NCBI GenBank assembly: GCA_964106645.2
Contig: OZ067039.1
Direction: 5' to 3' (one strand)
From: Podarcis pityusensis
Taxonomy: Eukaryota
DNA: 64,000 nucleotides
A program made the translations under genes and the position numbers. Positions 58,854 to 64,000 of the stretch are shown one piece after another; the first letter of the stretch is position 1, and each line of letters starts with the position of its first letter. A model generated the notes under the pieces. It had not been told where the DNA came from and did not search any database. It saw only the letters and a program-made list of their open reading frames with translations.

Positions 58854-60197
58854 ATTTCAGGTTGTTCACATGTTTTTGTTAGATGTTACAAGGAAATGGC
58901 ACTCATATGAGGGTGGGGCATCAGTTTTGTCTTTTACAATTGTTTGGTCCTTAGACTAGACAAAATTATGTGCTAGTCTAGTAGCTCACAGAATCTAGTT
59001 ACTAGAGATACAAGCTAATAGTTTTCAGTGGGGTTTGCCTGCAACCAACTATGGCCATCCTATGAGTTTATAAATCACACTGAAATTCCATTAATGTAAA
59101 CATGCATTTATGTGGCTACATTTGTACATCAATGTGGTGGCAGAGGAGTTTACACTATTGTAACACAAAAGTAGGACCTGCTTTAACTGAAGGAAGAATG
59201 AATATGTTGTCAACAAGAATAACTGATGTTTGTGCCACCATGAATATGTGCAGATAAATTATGAAGGTTTACGTTTCCGTAATCCTTGGTTTTGATATTG
59301 GGATGAAGGGGCCAGCATTCACGGATTCTGTGCTTCAGCTCATATTCTAAAAGGAGTCCATTTTATAGCAAGCCTTTCTAAGGAAAGAGCCAGCAAGGGA
59401 ACTGCACTCTGGCTCCATTCCGCTTGCAAGCGTTATGAAGAGTGCAGTAGATTAATATTTAATTGTTTATTTGCTGCTGCAAAGACTCTGCTGCCTCATG
59501 CTGCATGTACCCAGCTACTTATGGGTAATGTGTGGCAGCAGGGTAGCAGCTGTCTTCCCTGTTCAAAATAACACAAGGTTTTGTGTTTTTTTTAATCCAC
59601 ACAATGTCTTCCTTAAAAATAGTCTTTAAATCTAATGCTTATTTATACTGTGTGTGTGTGTGTGTGTGTAAAGGAAGTAAGGTGGCCCTTTTGAAGGGAA
59701 TGTTGTAAAATAAATTTTGTTTTGAGGCAGATATGCCACTGATACTAACCCTTCACATGCCCACATCAGAAGATAATTTAAAAACATCAGAGTCCTGGTG
59801 GTGACACCCTAAAGATTAGCAAATGTATTGTGGCATAAGCTGCTTTGGGCGAGAGCCCACTTTATCAGATGTAACTTATGAAAGCTTTTGTCACAATATA
59901 TTTGATCTGATAATCTGTTTAAAACACAGATGACACAACAGTCTTGTAATTGTATATTGCTATGGAATACTATAAAGGCCAAGTAGAATAGCATTTTATA
60001 AAACTAATCTAAGAATATGCAAATATTAATTCAATTTAATATTTCTAATATTGTGTAGCATGTGTAGGTATAGAAATCAGCCACAGAATGAAGCTAAGAT
60101 CTCCTGTATCACTTACAGTACAATCCTATCAGTATCTATTGAGAAATAAAAGTCACTGCATTGAAAGGCATTTACTCCTATGTGTGTTTAGGATTGC

Positions 60198-60301
60198 AGC
60201 TTTGATGTCATAACAGAAGGATCATGGTAACACTCATCCTAGATCTTTCTACAAGGATAGATAAAAACTTTCCATGATCCTTCTGTTATGACATCAAAGC
60301 T
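60198..60301. repeat. Perfect 30-bp inverted repeat with 44-nt spacer
   Basis: AGCTTTGATGTCATAACAGAAGGATCATGG (60198-60227) is the exact reverse complement of 60272-60301. Confidence 0.95.
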
Positions 60302-60467
60302 ACAAGGAAGGGCTGAAGGGTAGAGCATCTGCTTTACATGCACAACATCCTAGGTCCAATCCCTTGCATCACCAGGTAAGGCTGGTCCACATCCCTGTCT
60401 AAAACCCTTAACTACTGCCTGTCATTGTAGACAACAGTGAGCCAGTGTCAGAGCTTGCACATAACTA

Positions 60468-60636
60468 CCGTATTTTTCGCTCTATAACACGCACCCGACC
60501 ATAACACGCACGTAGTTTTTAGAGGAGGAAAATCCGTAGGCATGCCACCCGTAGGCATTCCCTCCATAACACGCACAGACATTTCCCCTTACTTTTTAGG
60601 AGGAAAAAAGTGAGTGTTATGGTGCAAAAAATACGG
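60468..60636. mobile_element. Tc1/mariner Tc2-like MITE
   Basis: TA followed by CCGTATTTTT ... AAAAATACGG and TA. Three internal ATAACACGCAC repeats plus one inverted degenerate copy. Confidence 0.8.
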
Positions 60637-61629
60637 TATGTCAAGAGCATCGGAAGAGGCTTGAGAAATGTGGGGCAGAGAGCTATAACTCCATTTTGCT
60701 TGCCTTGCACTGGATGCTCATACAACTTTTGCCATTATGACAGCTTAAACCCAAGTTGAGAGGATCCAGCTGTAATTTTAAAAAATGCATTTAAAGTTCC
60801 ACAGCTCATGACTCATTGTTGCCAAAATTGATTAAGATGCTTTGGCTGGTAAATTCTAAACTACTCGCCCTGAGTTTATCCAGTCAGAAGACTGCAGAAC
60901 CTCTTGTTCTCTCCTCAGTCCCTCATCTCTTCCCTCTTGGCCATGTGTCTCCCCCCCACATCTTCTCTACCTTCGGTCTCACACTTCTCTTTCTCCCCAA
61001 TCCACCTCTCACATCTGTGAGCATCCCCTTCCCACCCCTCCTCCCTAAGACACGCGCTCTTGCGGCGAGCTTTCACCGCCTTAGGATAATAGCATAGCTG
61101 CCTTAAATTATTCCTCCAGCACATTCCGTTTTTTAAAATGAAAATAGTCCACTTCAAGTGACCAAAATGTTTCCAAACTTGGCATGCGTTGTATCCAAAC
61201 CTACATTAATCACGAGCGAATTCTAATATTACTCAACATTAAGGCAGCTGCTTAACATGGAAAGGCTACTAGAACTACTATTCTTACAGTAAAGAGCACT
61301 AAGCACTTTCTTAAGAGAAAGTTGAGGCGATATTCCTATATGCATGCACGGCTAGGCAGGAGCAAGTCCCATCAAGTTTGATGTGTTCCCTCTCCCTGGC
61401 AATTGGGTTTAGGAGAGCCTTCTTACCGGCGCTCCTCTTGCTTATATTTTGTAGTCATTTAATCTTTCAGCTGAATGCTCGCGGGCTGCACTTTTCCCGT
61501 TTCATTGCAATTCGACTCCACTGTTTACATTTTTCCTACCCACACCCGTGTGTGTGTGTGTGTTTTATACGTCTGCCAAATGGGGGCTAACATTTCATGG
61601 GGGGCGGGGTGATGAGCTTATGCCACAAC

Positions 61630-62460
61630 AATACGGCACCGGTTCGCCTTCGCAGCGCTGCGGGGCTCTTTGTGGGCCCACGTCTCTCCCTCATTCCTCT
61701 TCTTCCGCCTCAGAGCAGGCGGCACCTCCGCCGCGGCAGAGCCAGGCCCTGAGCGGCTCCCCCGGCGAGCGGCCCCTTCCTCTCAGGCGTCCTCCTGCCG
61801 CTCCCTTCCTCCTCCTCCTCCTCCTCCTCCTCCCCTCCCGTCGGCCTCTGCCTCTCCTGCTCGCTCCCGCGGCGCGTTGGCCCAGACCAGGAGCGCGCAC
61901 GTCGCCGCCACGGCTCCCTGCAGCTGCTCCGGCCCGGCTCTCGCGGCCCGCTCCGCCGTCTCCGCTTCTCCCCCGCCGGTCTCTCTCTCTCTCTCGCCCG
62001 GCCGCCTGCGACGAAGGAAGCCGGCGGCGGCGGGGAGGGGCCCCAGCGCCCCGCGACGCGTCCCGACGACGACGACGACGACGACGACCCTCGTCGAGCT
62101 CGCGCCTCGCGGACCGAGCCACCAACCGCCGCCGCCTTGTCCCCTCCCCTCCCCCTCCGCCCTGCCAAGAATCCCTCAGGTAGGAGCCGCCCCGGGCCTG
62201 CGAGTGCCGCCCGCTTCTCTCCGCTCTCTCCTGTTCTCCGGCGCGCAAGATGGAGCCTCACCCAGCTGGCTCCAAAGAAAGGAAGGCAGGCAGGAAGGAG
62301 AGCGCCTTTCTCTCTCCTGACGCCTTTCGGGCGCAGTCGGCGGAAGGTAGCACCCCCTGCGCCTCCCTCCTTCTTGCACCCCGGGGCGCCCGTGGGGTTT
62401 AGCGGGGTGGCACCATTTCCGCCGCCTCCTCTACTCCCCCCCCCCCCGGTTTCTGTATCA
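61630..62460 (+). promoter_or_regulatory. CpG-island promoter and probable non-coding first exon of the next gene (C5orf24 ortholog by recalled synteny); candidate donor CAG|GTAGGA at 62179/62180
   Basis: Very CpG-rich, with (CCT)8 and (CGA)8 runs and a good donor. No recognisable CDS in the window; gene identity is inferred from synteny only. Confidence 0.6.
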
Positions 62461-64000
62461 AATTGTACAATTAGGTGGGTGGAATTGAAGGACCCTTCTT
62501 TCGCTGGGTGCCCGGAGAATAGACACCCAGACACGGCAGCAATAGGTTGAACTAGATTTGGACAGCCTTTTTTTTCCCTTTTTCCTCCCCTCCATGTAGG
62601 CGAGACGGGGTGGGTGGCTTGGTCTGCAACACACACACACACGGCGCTTCCTCCACCTTATTTCATTTGTTCTCTTCAAAGGCCCTCACAAAATTAAAAC
62701 TACGACTTTTTGTGGTGGTTGAAGGCGTCTAAATTTGCAACATCGCCGCAGCCACCCTTAGTTGTGCCGCGTCACATAAATATAACTAAATTGAAACAAA
62801 AAACCGAATGCTAAAAAACCTAGGGGGAAAACCGGAGGGAAGCCTCTCCTCTCCTCGGCTTCTGCCTATCATCCAAGTGTGAACAAAAGGGCTATGTAGG
62901 TGAGAGAGCATATTAAAGGGTAACTTATTTAACTAGCCAGAGTAAGGCAGATGCGGAGTCTTAACAGCTTTTTGGCCCAAGTGGAATGATGGAAAAGGTT
63001 ATCATTCCCATGCCCCGAGACCTATTTAATTTCCCCCAGTGCTGATAATCAGGCACCATCTAATATAGACACAGAACGACTGTGTCTTCCCTATGAATGT
63101 CCCAGGAAGGACAATTATGCTCCAGTATGGGGTTGGAGGGGAAAGCAGGGATAAGCTTCTGTCAGTCTGCCCTCTATTCCTGAACTGCTATGGTCACTCA
63201 GTAGCAGGGAAAGATATACATTTTGTGGTTTTTAGAACAGTATCTCTCTAGAATTTGTCTTGTTAAGTGTCCTATTAGTTAACAAAGGCACTTTGAGCTG
63301 TTCTCTTTGTGTGTGATTTCTTGTTTATATCTAACCAACTACATGTTTAATGAAAAACTCTACCTATCCCTGTATTTCGTACATATGTGTAAGCATACCT
63401 TTAATATATGGGACTGACAAATATTTGCATTGCTGGTTACTTAAATATTATATTGATTAGTGCTACCCACATTTATTAAGACCTGCTGCTTAAGTGCATC
63501 TCATTAGACCATTACATGTATAGCACTAGTGTGTGCTTTAGAATTGTTTTATGGGATCTAAGTTTATGCTTGTAAACATTTAAAATGCAATCCTAATCCC
63601 CAATCTGTGCTTCTGGAGGGGAGTAGGAGCCAAAACATATTCCCGTACACTGTTCTCTGCACTTGCAGGGTATCTGGTACTTCTGGTGCTACAGAGTATC
63701 TCACTGCAGCACAGGAGGGATGGCAGATGCAAATGTATTATTGGTGATGGATCTGCTGGACAACCCCCATACCAAGGTGTTTGGGGTGGAACTGGAGTAA
63801 CAAAGATCCTCTGTATCCTAAGCTGGTCCACTTCCCAGAGAGGGGTCCAAATTGAGTGCCTCTGCTGCACCAGTCTGCAGCAAAAAATGTGATTTCAATC
63901 TCCCCATCTTCCAATCTAGCCGATGCAAGTAGGAGGGCTTTGGAGACACCAGTGGTTCTATCACTACATTTTGCCCCGCTGTTTCCCATCCAGAGGTAGG

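Noticed and set aside
57900-58882. Four overlapping 261-315 aa ORFs on both strands
   Set aside because: They are translations of the stop-free GC-rich 60-bp repeat inside a TSD-flanked non-autonomous transposon, with no transposase or other domain.
59401-59448. Hairpin ACTGCACTCT...AGAGTGCAGT with internal palindrome CGCTTGCAAGCG
   Set aside because: A 10-bp stem with a short spacer is expected about once or twice by chance in 64 kb, and there is no other support.
61548-62642. Several ORFs of 137-310 aa over the CpG island
   Set aside because: Low-complexity Pro/Arg/Ala frames open on both strands are expected at very high GC, and none resembles a known protein.

Overview
Vertebrate genomic DNA from a squamate reptile. 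Sauria-type SINEs point to a lizard, probably a lacertid (inference). The window has two complete + strand multi-exon genes, both rebuilt by hand from splice sites with consistent phases. CAMLG has 4 coding exons (4226-12494, 292 aa). DDX46/PRP5 has 23 coding exons (18089-52026, 1033 aa, one GC-AG intron). Each has a CpG-island promoter. A third CpG island with a candidate non-coding first exon lies at about 61630-62460. By the recalled vertebrate gene order SEC24A-CAMLG-DDX46-C5orf24 it is probably C5orf24, and bases 1-345 may be the end of the SEC24A 3' UTR. Introns and intergenic DNA carry Tigger-like, Tc2-like and hAT MITEs, Sauria and tRNA-Lys SINEs, and CR1, L2 and Penelope-like fragments. 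Most ORF-track entries are spurious. I cannot support a wholly new biological system. The best leads are: (1) a candidate stop-containing (poison) exon or alternative last exon in DDX46 intron 12; (2) a composite hAT element whose 60-bp palindromic repeat units show flipped loops; (3) a mirror-symmetric E-box array in DDX46 intron 22; (4) a 1-nt frameshift clipping the CAMLG C-terminus; (5) a perfect 30-bp hairpin upstream of the third promoter.
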